Below, piece by piece: positions 10,000 to 19,776 of a stretch of 64,000 nt of DNA. The notes beneath the pieces were generated by a model, which was given only the letters and a program-made list of their open reading frames with translations, was not told the origin of the DNA and did not search any database. The stretch comes from Candidatus Woesebacteria bacterium (GTDB taxonomy: Bacteria > Patescibacteriota > Microgenomatia > UBA8517): the NCBI GenBank assembly GCA_013374855.1, contig CP055308.1, forward strand, positions 401,833-465,832, written 5' to 3'. The translations under genes and the position numbers were made by a program. Positions within the stretch are counted from its first letter, which is position 1. Every line of letters begins with the position of its first letter.

Positions 10000-10923
10000 A
10001 TGAATCAACTTTTTGAAGTAAACGAGAATAAAATAGAAAAAAATCATAGTCAATTTGTTATTTCTCCTTTAGATCAGGGTTATGGTTATACGTTGGGAAA
10101 TTCCTTAAGGAGAGTCCTTTTGGGAAATATCGGAGGAGCTGCTATTACTTCCCTTGAAATAAAAGGTGTGAAGCACCAATTTTCAACAATCAAAGGCATG
10201 AGAGAGGATGTTATAGACTTTATTCTTAATTTGAAAAGGGTGAGGTTTTCGGTTAAAAAGTCCTTTGATAAGCCTCAAGAAGTAAAACTTGAGGTAAAAG
10301 GACCATCAGAAGTTAAAGCGGGTGATATTAAGGTTTCGCCACTTTTGGAAGTGGTTAATCCTGATATGGTGTTGGCTAACCTTGATAAAGATGGTCAGAT
10401 AAGTGCAAAGATGACAGTGGAATATGGTTTTGGTTATAGATTAGCTGATTCTCAAAGATCTGAACGTCTAGGTTTGATTTTTGTTGATGCTATATTTTCG
10501 CCGGTTGTTAGAGTGGCCACCAAAGTTGAAGAGACTCGTGTAGGAAGATTAACAGATTTTGATAAGCTTATTCTGGATATTTGGACCGATGGATCAAAAG
10601 ATCCAAAAGAGGTCTTAGTAGAAGCAGCTAAAGTTTTAATATCTCATTTTGAGCAGATAATATCCCCTAAAGTTGTTAAGAAAGAGGATAAAAAGGAAGT
10701 GAATAAAGATCCATTGGGTTTGGTGGGTAAATTATCAGTTGAAGAAATAAATCTTCCTACTAGAGTTGCGAATGCTTTAATCAAAGCAGGGTACGAAACA
10801 GTTGAGAGTTTGGCTAATGCCAAGAAGGAGGATTTGGCGAGAGTAAGAAATCTTGGTGAAAAATCTTTGAAGATAGTAAAATTGGCTTTGGCTGAAAAAG
10901 GAGTTTCTTTTCTGGAAGAATAA
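10000..10923 (+). CDS. rpoA: RNA polymerase subunit alpha
   Basis: GYG.TLGNSLRRVLL, DAIFSPV, alpha-CTD RNLG.KS; strong SD AAGGAGGTGA upstream. Confidence 0.98.
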   Translation: MNQLFEVNENKIEKNHSQFVISPLDQGYGYTLGNSLRRVLLGNIGGAAITSLEIKGVKHQFSTIKGMREDVIDFILNLKRVRFSVKKSFDKPQEVKLEVKGPSEVKAGDIKVSPLLEVVNPDMVLANLDKDGQISAKMTVEYGFGYRLADSQRSERLGLIFVDAIFSPVVRVATKVEETRVGRLTDFDKLILDIWTDGSKDPKEVLVEAAKVLISHFEQIISPKVVKKEDKKEVNKDPLGLVGKLSVEEINLPTRVANALIKAGYETVESLANAKKEDLARVRNLGEKSLKIVKLALAEKGVSFLEE

Positions 10924-10926
10924 TTT

Positions 10927-11373
10927 ATGAAGAAGAAGGTAGTAGGAAGAAAGTTCTCCCGTTCTACCAAATCAAGGAGGGCTCTTTTTAGGGGTCTTTT
11001 TCTTGCCTTGGTAAAAGAGGGGAAGATAAAGACGACTTTAGCAAAAGCAAAGTCTCTTGCGTCGTGGGCTAACAAGATTTTTGGGATAGCCTTGGAGGAT
11101 AGTTTGGCAGCAAGAAGAAAAGTCTTGTCCAAGGTGTTAAATAAGAGATGGGTAATGGAGGATGTTTTTCGTTTGGTAAAGCTATCTGGTAGAAAATCTG
11201 GTTTTATTAGAGTTATTAGACTGCCATCTCGTAAGGGAGATAATGCTCCGATGGCTCAGGTTGAGATTTTAGACTGGCAAAAGAAAGAAGAACCCAAAAA
11301 AGAGAATATTGATAAAAATAAGAAAAAAGAGAAAGAAGAAGAGGCAAAAGTTAAGGGAGATAAAAGGAAATGA
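10927..11373 (+). CDS. rplQ: 50S ribosomal protein L17, charged C-terminal tail
   Basis: I.TT.AKAK, G..R.I....R.GD.A. Confidence 0.95.
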   Translation: MKKKVVGRKFSRSTKSRRALFRGLFLALVKEGKIKTTLAKAKSLASWANKIFGIALEDSLAARRKVLSKVLNKRWVMEDVFRLVKLSGRKSGFIRVIRLPSRKGDNAPMAQVEILDWQKKEEPKKENIDKNKKKEKEEEAKVKGDKRK

Positions 11374-11801
11374 TTGCGAAAACCTATCATATTAAAAGTA
11401 AAGAAATAGCAAGAAGATGGTATTTGGTTGATGCTAAGGACAAGGTATTGGGCAGACTAGCGTCAAGAGTGGCTACTATTTTGATGGGCAAGAATAAGTC
11501 TAATTATTCTCCCCATCTTGATGTGGGAGATTCGGTTGCGGTTTTTAATTGCGAGAAGATTGTTTTGACAGGCAAGAAAGCCAAGCAAAAGGTTTACAGA
11601 AGGCATTCTGGTTACCCAGGTGGTTTTAAGGAAGTTTCTTTCGAAAAAATGATAAAAGAAAACCCAGCTTTTGTAATCCGACATGCTGTTTCTGGTATGT
11701 TGCCTGATAATAGATTGAAACCAAAAAGATTAAAAAGGCTTAAAATTTTTGTTGGAGATAACAATCCTTTTATTGAAAAAGTTAGGTCTTTGAACAAGTA
11801 A
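11370..11801 (+). CDS. rplM: 50S ribosomal protein L13
   Basis: W..VDA..KVLGRLAS, HSGYPGG, AV.GMLP. Confidence 0.98.
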   Translation: MIAKTYHIKSKEIARRWYLVDAKDKVLGRLASRVATILMGKNKSNYSPHLDVGDSVAVFNCEKIVLTGKKAKQKVYRRHSGYPGGFKEVSFEKMIKENPAFVIRHAVSGMLPDNRLKPKRLKRLKIFVGDNNPFIEKVRSLNK

Positions 11802-11802
11802 T

Positions 11803-12216
11803 ATGGCAAAAAAGAAAAGACAAGAATACATATTTAGTGTTGGCAGAAGGAAAACCGCTACTTGTCGTATGCGACTTTTCGAGGGCAAGGGTGAAAGTTT
11901 GGTGAATGGTATGCTGGTGTTTGATTATTTTCCGGGGAAAATATTTAAAGCAAAAATAGAAAAGTATTACAAGCTAGTTGGCAATATCTTTGACTCTAAA
12001 TACCATTTTTCTGCTAAAGTAGAAGGTGGTGGAAAGTCAGGTCAACTTGATGCCTTATTTCATGGTTTGTCTCGTGCTTTGATTCAAGCAGAGACTGATT
12101 TAAAATCGAAGCTCAAAAAGGAAGGTTTTTTGACTCGTGACGCAAGAATAAGAGAGAGGAGGAAAGTGGGAACGGGAGGGAAAGCAAGACGCAAGAAACA
12201 ATCTCCTAAAAGATAA
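11803..12216 (+). CDS. rpsI: 30S ribosomal protein S9
   Basis: GRRKTA, GGG..GQ, LTRD.R..ER.K.G...ARR..Q..KR. Confidence 0.97.
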   Translation: MAKKKRQEYIFSVGRRKTATCRMRLFEGKGESLVNGMLVFDYFPGKIFKAKIEKYYKLVGNIFDSKYHFSAKVEGGGKSGQLDALFHGLSRALIQAETDLKSKLKKEGFLTRDARIRERRKVGTGGKARRKKQSPKR

Positions 12217-12217
12217 T

Positions 12218-12547
12218 TTATCTGTTATCACCACTGCCTTGTATTTTTCCCCTTTTTTGTCTGGAGAAAAGTTTCTTAAGATTTTCTTTGGCAATTCCTT
12301 CAAGCGATAGGCCGAGCTCGGTTGCAAGTTGGGCTATATACCACAAAACATCTCCCAGTTCTTTTCCTATTTCTTTGGCTGTTTCTTTATCAACTTTTCC
12401 ATTTTTGTCTCGAATTATCTTTTTAATTTTATCTGCCACCTCCCCTGCTTCTCCCGCAAGGCCAAGAGTGGGATATACAAAATTTTTTCCCTGATTGGGG
12501 TACAGGGCAGTTTTTCTTGATTCTTTTTGATAGTCTTTAAATTTCAT
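12218..12547 (-). CDS. MazG-like nucleoside triphosphate pyrophosphohydrolase (single domain)
   Basis: GLAGEAGEV, KELGDVLWY, C-terminal GSGDNR typical of short MazG/NTP-PPase proteins. Confidence 0.9.
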   Translation of the reverse strand: MKFKDYQKESRKTALYPNQGKNFVYPTLGLAGEAGEVADKIKKIIRDKNGKVDKETAKEIGKELGDVLWYIAQLATELGLSLEGIAKENLKKLFSRQKRGKIQGSGDNR

Positions 12548-12775
12548 TGTTAGATTTGTTTTGGAATGTGTTTTAATTAGGTTTTTGGCGATTTCTTATT
12601 TTAATTAACTATAATTGCTGAGTAAAGTGTTGTCTTATATTGAGATTTATTCTGGTAGTCAGAGAAGTTCCTTTACTTAACCTTCTTATCCGGGATGTTG
12701 CAAAACTGAGTGTTTTCTTATCTCATCTGTGGTTTTTGAAGTTGTTAGATTGATTCAACTATCTCTATGTCCATT

Positions 12776-12804
12776 TTGACATTTTTCTTGGCTTATTTTA
12801 TAGT
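12776..12804 (+). promoter_or_regulatory. sigma70-type promoter for the interrupted surface-protein gene
   Basis: TTGACA (12776-81), 17-nt spacer, TATAGT (12799-804). Confidence 0.7.
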
Positions 12805-14888
12805 ATGAGTATTTATATGAATAGTAAAAATGATAATAGTTTACAGGATGATTTTGCTTCTCCTTTAGATAGGTCATTTTCAGATGTTCAACAAAATCAG
12901 ACTTCTTTAAGTACTGATATTCAAAAGAATCATTCTAAAAGAATGCCAATAGTTGTTGCTTTGTGTGTGTTGTTTTTAGTTTTTCTCTGCGTGACTGTGT
13001 TTTTTGTTTATCAACATGTGAAGCAAAAAAAAATAGAATTGGCAATATCAATAATGGGCAATTTGTTGACTCTTCAACACAATCAGAATTGTTTGGAACA
13101 ATTCCCAATGACACAACTATCCAATTTGGGGATGTTGAGTGGCTGCCGGAACCACAAAAAGTCCTGAGTGTTGGTTTTTTCGGTCTTATTGATCAGTATT
13201 ATCCTTATATTCTCAAGTACTGTAAAAGCGAAACTGATTGTGTCGAAGATAGTAAGTTAAGTGAATTGAATGATAAGTACGAGCCCAAGGCAACCTACTA
13301 CAAAGTGGGAATAATGAAATCCCAACCATATAGTGGCTCTCCGGTTTATCTGGGAATAGTAAAAAACTTGCCTCAAGGACATGTTTACAAGGGCTATCCA
13401 ACAGAGAAAGATATTGCTTATGATTATGAAATAATCTCTCTTTTTATTAAAACTTCAGACAATAAATTCATTATGACAAACGATTATCAAAATTATTCTA
13501 TTCTCTGTCGTAGCTATTGTAATTTTTGTCGTAGCTATTGCGAGCCTAATCAATTACCTCCAAGCAATGAGGCAGCTGGGATCATTTATAGACATGATTT
13601 GTCATTGGATAAACTATCATTGAGCAAAGCAAATTTACCAGATGGGTATACCGATCCCGAAACGGGAGTAGAGTTTTCAATCGATATAACTAGCCACTTC
13701 TTTGTTAATTCTGGTTTATTTCTGGTAAAGGACTTTGGGAAAGGGTATGCTCTTTATTCCAATCAAGACATAAAAAGCAACCTTATTAGTCTTAAATCAG
13801 TTATAAATCCAACTTTTGTTATTAAATTGCCCACGGGATTGGCAGCTGGTGCCTATCTAGATGGAGAAAGACGTCTGATCTACAAAAAGGGTGTAAGACC
13901 GTATTCTTCAGACGACTCCCAACTTGTCTGGACAGCCTCCGAGAAGCCTCAATTATTGCCAAAAGAACCATCTGACAAAGGTATAACAACTGACTATACA
14001 GAAATTGCCTATACTACCTATTATGATGGTTGTAGAGGTAATATGGCACTTGATAATATAGTTTCAAACGGTGAATTCTTGGATGTAAACAATAATTTGA
14101 TCAAAGTTGCTACCACCGATAGGGGTGATACAATCTACGATTTAAAGAATAAAGATTTTAGGATTTTCGAAAGTTTTTTGTTCTCAAGAGGGCATCTATT
14201 CCTTGGTTATGATCTTACCTATAGTGATTATCTTGCTCTCAAACCCATACTTATTTGGAAAAACAGATTAGGTGTCTATCGTATGATATTCAGAGAGGAC
14301 TTGGTTAGTTCAAAATGTTGGGCTGGACCACTTATTTACTTATATCCAGAGAAGCCTACAACTGTGAGGGTGAATTTGAGTAAAGTAATTAATTTGACAA
14401 AGTCGGAACCAACTTATGATGACGGATGGAACTTAATTGCTTATCCAAATGGTGATATTTATTTACCTAAGGAACAAAGAAAATACTCTTATTTATTTTG
14501 GGAAGGTAGTGCGCCTGTCCCTTTGTTGCCTGTAGCACAGGAAGTAGTCAAAAAAACAGAAATTCACGATTACTTTGAGAGGACCTTGACAAAATTAGGA
14601 CTAGACGATAGAGAGAAACAAGACTTTAAAAAGTATTGGTAACCTAGACTTGATGATGGTCCTTACTACTTAATTTCTTTTTACGACACAAGTGAGCTAA
14701 ATCGGCTCGTTCCTTTGAATATAGAACCTAAACCAGATACTGTTATTCGCATTTTAATGACTTACCACAGATTAGACAAAGATGATGGAGAGTTTCCTCC
14801 GATAAGACTTGATAATTATCAAACTCCAAGCAGAAGGGGTTTTGTAGTAGTTGAATGGGGTGGAATTCTTCGTGGTTTAGATTACTGA
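12805..14888 (+). pseudogene. interrupted gene for a ~690-aa membrane-anchored protein with C-terminal P.IYLYP...EWGG domain
   Basis: N-terminal TM ORF joins the 12963-14642 frame by a -1 shift at A9 (13025-33); after TAA 14640-42 the same frame continues PRLDDGPYYLISF...PKPDTVIRI...GFVVVEWGG to TGA 14888. Confidence 0.8.
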
Positions 14889-15268
14889 AATGAATTTGGT
14901 ATCCCCCTATTGCTTGCGTGTGTTTTTTTGTGTTTGTGGTATTAAAATAATGATTAAAGTGATAATTTCTCCTTTTTAGCTCAATAGATTCTTGATCTTT
15001 TTTATGAATTGAAGGATTTCTTAGTAATAAAAGTTAAAAAAGTGGTATAAAGTTGGTAAATTTCTAATCATCGGCACAAGTATAGGAAAAAGTGCTATCT
15101 GTCACAAGATATATCCAAAGTTAGACTTCTAGATTGATTAACCCTATTTTTCATGGTATTTTTAAGAATTGAATTGGTTGAAATTATCTTTGTCTCATAA
15201 CAAAGCTGGTAGGAAAATTGTGTGTGATTTGGGTGTTGTTGTTGATAAAATGTAGTTGATTAAAGATT

Positions 15269-17542
15269 ATGAAAAATATCGAATCACCCGACAAAATGCA
15301 TCTTGGCAGACTTTTAGATGAATTGAGGTATGGCAAGTTTGTTATACCGGATTTTCAGCGTGAGTTTGAGTGGTCGCCATGGGATGTTAAAGAACTATTG
15401 CGTTCCATTTTTGAGGATTACTATATTGGTACGATGCTATTTTGGAGGGCAAGTAGAGAAAATCAGAATCTTTTAAGATGTGAGCCAATTTATGGCTTTG
15501 AGGGAAAATGTGAACCTCAACATATTGTGCTTGATGGCCAGCAAAGATTAAGTGCATTGTATTATGCGTTTTTTGCTCCGAGGGTAAAATTTCCAAATAG
15601 GAAAAATAGGTATATATTTATTGTTAAGTTAGATAAATTTCTTAATGAAGAATTTGATGATGCTTTTGATTACGAATGGCTTACTTCAAGAACAGAGAGT
15701 TTTCTGAATCAACGTGATAAACAATTTAGGGAGAAGATATTACCCATTTCTGTTTTGGGAGATCAATATTGGTACGATTGGTTTCGGGATTACAGAGACT
15801 ACTGGGTTGGTAAAGTTGGCGAAGAGGAAGCGGATAATGAGTGTGATAAGTTGGAGCGTTTTTTCAGGGATCTTCTTGTTAGTTATGATATAAGTTACAT
15901 TGAACTTGATAGGGATATTGAAGTGTCAAAAGTTTGTGATATCTTTACACGCTTAAACAGTACAGGTCTCACACTTACTATTTTTGATCTTCTCAATGCA
16001 TTGATGAGACCTAAGGGTATCTATCTAAAGGAAATGTGGCGGCAGGTTTCTAGTGATCTGAAAGAATTAGAATGGCAAAGGACGAAGGTGTATCTTCTTC
16101 AAGCAATTTCTATTCTTGAGCAAGGTTATTGTTCACCTAAGTATCTTTATTATCTTGTGCCGGGAACTAAGAAAGTAATAAAAAACTCGGATGGTTCCAA
16201 AGATTCAATTGTTATATTTTCCTCGCGTGACGAGTTTCTTGAGAAATGGAATTTTTTGGTTGAAAAAATGAGAATGACATTAGACGCTCTTCTTAATCCT
16301 CGAGACCTAGGTGCTATACGACCGGATTTTGTTCCTTATCCAACAATGCTACCAATACTTACTGCTTTGAATGTGATAAAAGAACAAGATAAGTATACTG
16401 ATAAGAGGATAGAAATAGAGGCAAAGATTAGAAGATGGTATTGGGCTTCTGTTTTTACACAAAATTATTCAAGTGCAGTAGATTCTACAATGACACATGA
16501 CTATTACTCTATGCAAAGGTGGTTTGAAGATGATGCTGAAATTCCGCAAGTTGTTGAAAAATTTGAAAGCAATATAGAAAATCTTGACTTACAAAAAGAA
16601 AGCATGTCAGGTTCAGCTTTGTATAAAGCAGTGTTTAACATTCTTGTTAGAAAAGGCGCTCGTGATTTTATAACCTTCGAATTGCCTGAATATTCTCTCC
16701 TTGAAGACCATCATATTGTACCACGTTCTTGGGGACTAAGAGAAGGACTTGATAAGAGGATTGACACAATTCTCAATAGAACACCTTTGTCAGAAAGGAC
16801 AAACCGTCAGTTAATAGCAGACCGTCTGCCGAATGTGTATTTGAAGGAAATGTTTAAAAGAGCGAAAAATAAAGATGATGTGTATCAACTTCTAGAAAGC
16901 CATTTAATTTCAAAAAAGGCAACAGATATATTGATGAGGGATAATTTTTCTCTGGAAGATTTTAAGGAGTTTATTGAAGAGCGTCAAAAGACAATTATTC
17001 AGGAAATAAAATCTTTATTAGCGATTGGGGGAGATACGGTATTTTCAGGTCTAATTACGCCACAGACTCCTTTTTCCAACATATCTCAGATGGAAAAAAC
17101 AATTCAGAAATGTGATGAATATCTATATTGGATAGATAAATATTTTGGTAAGTCTGGTCTTGAAATCCTAGCGTCTGCATTATCTTCTAATCAAGTAATA
17201 AATATCAGTGAGGTGAAGATACTCACTTCATTAGAAAAAGTAGATGATAAACTAAGAGAAGATTTTAAGCGTTTTAAGGAAGAGCTAAAAAACAGAGGAA
17301 TTAGTGCAGAGATGAGAGTACTTGTTCAAAAAGATGTTGCTGCTTCTATACATGACCGTTGGATTATTAGTAAATATAAGTCATTTAATATTCCTTCCCC
17401 GGATGTGATTAAAAGAGGTCAGTATAGTGAGATAAAAGAAACGGACGCAAGACTACCATTCGATGAATTAATGGAATCGAGTTTGGATATAATTCACGAC
17501 TGGCCGAAAATAAGTGAATTAATTAGGAAGAACAACAAATAA
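15269..17542 (+). CDS. GmrSD-type (DUF262 + HNH/DUF1524-like) restriction endonuclease with extra C-terminal domain
   Basis: IPDFQREFEW, LDGQQRLS, F.RLN.TG (DUF262); EDHHIVP..N (HNH); ~170-aa tail with WIDKY and HDRWII. Confidence 0.85.
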   Translation: MKNIESPDKMHLGRLLDELRYGKFVIPDFQREFEWSPWDVKELLRSIFEDYYIGTMLFWRASRENQNLLRCEPIYGFEGKCEPQHIVLDGQQRLSALYYAFFAPRVKFPNRKNRYIFIVKLDKFLNEEFDDAFDYEWLTSRTESFLNQRDKQFREKILPISVLGDQYWYDWFRDYRDYWVGKVGEEEADNECDKLERFFRDLLVSYDISYIELDRDIEVSKVCDIFTRLNSTGLTLTIFDLLNALMRPKGIYLKEMWRQVSSDLKELEWQRTKVYLLQAISILEQGYCSPKYLYYLVPGTKKVIKNSDGSKDSIVIFSSRDEFLEKWNFLVEKMRMTLDALLNPRDLGAIRPDFVPYPTMLPILTALNVIKEQDKYTDKRIEIEAKIRRWYWASVFTQNYSSAVDSTMTHDYYSMQRWFEDDAEIPQVVEKFESNIENLDLQKESMSGSALYKAVFNILVRKGARDFITFELPEYSLLEDHHIVPRSWGLREGLDKRIDTILNRTPLSERTNRQLIADRLPNVYLKEMFKRAKNKDDVYQLLESHLISKKATDILMRDNFSLEDFKEFIEERQKTIIQEIKSLLAIGGDTVFSGLITPQTPFSNISQMEKTIQKCDEYLYWIDKYFGKSGLEILASALSSNQVINISEVKILTSLEKVDDKLREDFKRFKEELKNRGISAEMRVLVQKDVAASIHDRWIISKYKSFNIPSPDVIKRGQYSEIKETDARLPFDELMESSLDIIHDWPKISELIRKNNK

Positions 17543-17846
17543 TCAAAACAAGTTTAGTTGATAAGATAGAGATGATCTCATATGGAAAATGGAAAGAAAT
17601 TAGAGCATATAAGATTATTCTTTTGGGTGGTTGCGTTGGTTAATTTTCCTTGTTTTTGGTTTGTCTGATATTGTAGATTTTTAGATGGTTTGTTTGCTTA
17701 TAGGATTTGAAGTATTTAGATTTTTTGCAATTGCTGGGCGAAGCCCGAACCTTTTTTTTGACGAAGTCCCAGCTGATGCCACGCTAAGCACGGCAGAAAC
17801 TGATTGTTTATGTGAATAATCCAAAAATGAGAGTGAGAGTCTGAAT

Positions 17847-17869
17847 TGGTCGGGGTGGGCGGAATTGAA
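17847..17869 (-). repeat. duplicated 3' end of tRNA-Pro (att-like direct repeat), carrying CCA
   Basis: gtcggggtgggcggaattgaa (17849-69) is identical to 19630-50; preceded by tgg (CCA on the minus strand). Confidence 0.9.
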
Positions 17870-19630
17870 GCGCCGCCCCATCCTCGTTTTCGTTGCCGAA
17901 TTTCTTGCCAACAAAGTTGGTGCGTCGCAGATATTGCTAAATCTCAGCTTTTATGCTAGTATCTTTTATACTATAATAAAATTAGCCTTTAATTAAAATT
18001 CTATGAAACAAGATTTAGACCAAAACTCAGTGCCTATTCAGCCCGAGTCGCCAAAAAAATTTCCAACTTGGGCGATAGTTTTAATTTCCGTTTTGGCAAC
18101 AGGCGTTATAGTCGCTTCCGGAACATATTATTTTTTGACGCACGACAAAACCGCAGTTAATAACGAGCTGTCAGTTACTAATCAGCCGACAAATCCAATA
18201 TCGACCACAAGCCAAAACGGACATCAGGTTAGTGAGGGTTTTGTTTACAAAAAGTCACTTACAGGTTTGATACAAGATCCAGTGGATATTATTGTTTCTA
18301 ATTTTGACGGCTCATCAAAATCGAAAATTCAAACAGTATTAGATAGCTTTTACCTTCATGCAACAGGTTGTTATAATAACGATATATCTCAAAATGGACG
18401 AATTGTTTATTCAACACGTTTTGACACTGAATATCCTGCCCCTAACAGTATTTGGATAAGCGACAATGGCTCTCAGCCAAAAAATATTTTAACTTTGCCT
18501 AAAGGTGATTCTTCTATAACTATTGGAACTATTGAATGCCCAAAAATATCTCCAGACGGAGAGAAAATTGCCTATTCTCTGTATTTTGGGGGGAGCCGCT
18601 CAGCACAGTTGTGGACAATGAATGCTGATGGAACGGATAACAAAATGGTTATAGATGATACGGGGATATATATTGTTGAAGAAGGTCCTTTTAGGTTGGT
18701 TCCTTTGGCTTGGTCAAAAGATAAAACTAAAGTTTACATGGTTACTACCACCGATAGCGAGGCTACTCCTACAGGAATGTATATTGCAGACCTTGCAACC
18801 GCCAAAATACAGAAAGCTAAAACACCCAATGTCACTCTATGGCATGCGTCACTTTCCCCTGATAGAAAGAAAGTTGTTTATACAACTTTTGAGTGGAAAT
18901 ATGTGCCTGATAGTAGTATTCCCGAACCAGGACCGCCGTATTCAATCAGCGTTACCGATTTAGAGACAGGCGCAACAGAGAAAATTTTAGAAAGCCAAGT
19001 CGACGGCTATTATGCTCCGGTTTGGTCTCCCGACGGTAAAAAAATCATGTATACAACAAGTAAAAAGGAAGATTATATTGGGGGTGGTATATCAATATCT
19101 GTTGTTGATGTTAATACCAAAAAAAGCAATGTCATTGTTACAAGAACAAGGGATAATAGCAGGGTGAAGTCATGGGCTTGGCTTTCTAATGACAGGGTAA
19201 TTTATACTGAGGAAAGTTATACTACAGGGGAAGTGGAAAACAAAGTAGAAACTTATCTATTTACTATTAAAGTTGACGGAACTGATAAACAAATTGTAGA
19301 TTTGGCAAAAGATATAGTAGTTTTTGGTTCGTTAAGATAAGTTGTTATGATTAATAAAGGGTTGGGTTAAGCAACTCTTGCAGGCAGATTTGGAGATAAA
19401 AATACGTTGGTGTACTTAACCCACATCGGCGGATTTTTGTCTTATATGATTATCATATTAAAAGAAATTTAGTGAGTAAAAATCCAGTTGCGTATGCACG
19501 GGAGGATTGAGAGAAGGGTAACACTTCTTTCTTTTTCTTTTTTAGTCCCGCCGCCGTCCGAAAAAACCCTCTTGGGTTTCTAGGAAGCGAGCAACAAAAC
19601 ACCTCTGAATTTGAAAAAAGTTTAATCTTG
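17870..19630. mobile_element. integrase-less genomic islet at the tRNA-Pro 3' end
   Basis: Single gene bracketed by a 21-bp direct repeat of the tRNA 3' end. Confidence 0.65.
18003..19340 (+). CDS. membrane-anchored TolB-like/PD40 beta-propeller protein
   Basis: N-terminal TM; repeats P.ISPDG.KIAY, SLSPD.KKVVY, PVWSPDGKKI. Confidence 0.85.
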   Translation: MKQDLDQNSVPIQPESPKKFPTWAIVLISVLATGVIVASGTYYFLTHDKTAVNNELSVTNQPTNPISTTSQNGHQVSEGFVYKKSLTGLIQDPVDIIVSNFDGSSKSKIQTVLDSFYLHATGCYNNDISQNGRIVYSTRFDTEYPAPNSIWISDNGSQPKNILTLPKGDSSITIGTIECPKISPDGEKIAYSLYFGGSRSAQLWTMNADGTDNKMVIDDTGIYIVEEGPFRLVPLAWSKDKTKVYMVTTTDSEATPTGMYIADLATAKIQKAKTPNVTLWHASLSPDRKKVVYTTFEWKYVPDSSIPEPGPPYSISVTDLETGATEKILESQVDGYYAPVWSPDGKKIMYTTSKKEDYIGGGISISVVDVNTKKSNVIVTRTRDNSRVKSWAWLSNDRVIYTEESYTTGEVENKVETYLFTIKVDGTDKQIVDLAKDIVVFGSLR

Positions 19631-19701
19631 TCGGGGTGGGCGGAATTGAACCGCCGCCAGACGCACCCCATGCGCCTATTCTACCGTTAAACTACACCCC
19701 G
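19631..19701 (-). tRNA. tRNA-Pro(GGG), CCA not encoded
   Basis: Cloverleaf: CGGGGTG/CACCCCG acceptor, GGCGC-AT GGG GT-GCGTC anticodon arm, GGCGG-TTCAATT-CCGCC T arm. Confidence 0.95.
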
Positions 19702-19704
19702 TAA

Positions 19705-19731
19705 AACTGACAAGGTCCGTCCTTGTCAGTT
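19705..19731. repeat. perfect 11-bp stem / 5-nt loop palindrome
   Basis: aactgacaagg-tccgt-ccttgtcagtt between divergent tRNA-Pro and recA. Confidence 0.8.
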
Positions 19732-19776
19732 AATTTACTCTTGTATTTTATCAAAAACTATGATAAAAGGGTAGAA

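Noticed and set aside
159-12327. Numerous short antisense ORFs across the ribosomal operon
   Set aside because: They are shadows of well-conserved plus-strand genes and carry no motifs.
12676-12720. Possible inverted fourth copy of the 110-bp element (cttaaccttc...ttgcaaaa...tgttttct)
   Set aside because: Only short AT-rich patches match and gaps are needed, so it could be chance.
14640-14642. Stop-codon reassignment or readthrough
   Set aside because: TAA, TAG and TGA all terminate conserved ribosomal or housekeeping genes normally, so a single nonsense change is simpler. Code 25 is excluded.
19363-19423. tgggttaag...cttaaccca inverted repeat after the TolB-like gene as an attC site
   Set aside because: Only 9 bp, wrong core polarity for attC, and no inner L boxes.
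17681-19671. Minus-strand ORFs 17681-17914 and 19453-19671 sharing RRFNSAHPD
   Set aside because: The shared peptide is just the translated tRNA 3'-end repeat, not a protein family.
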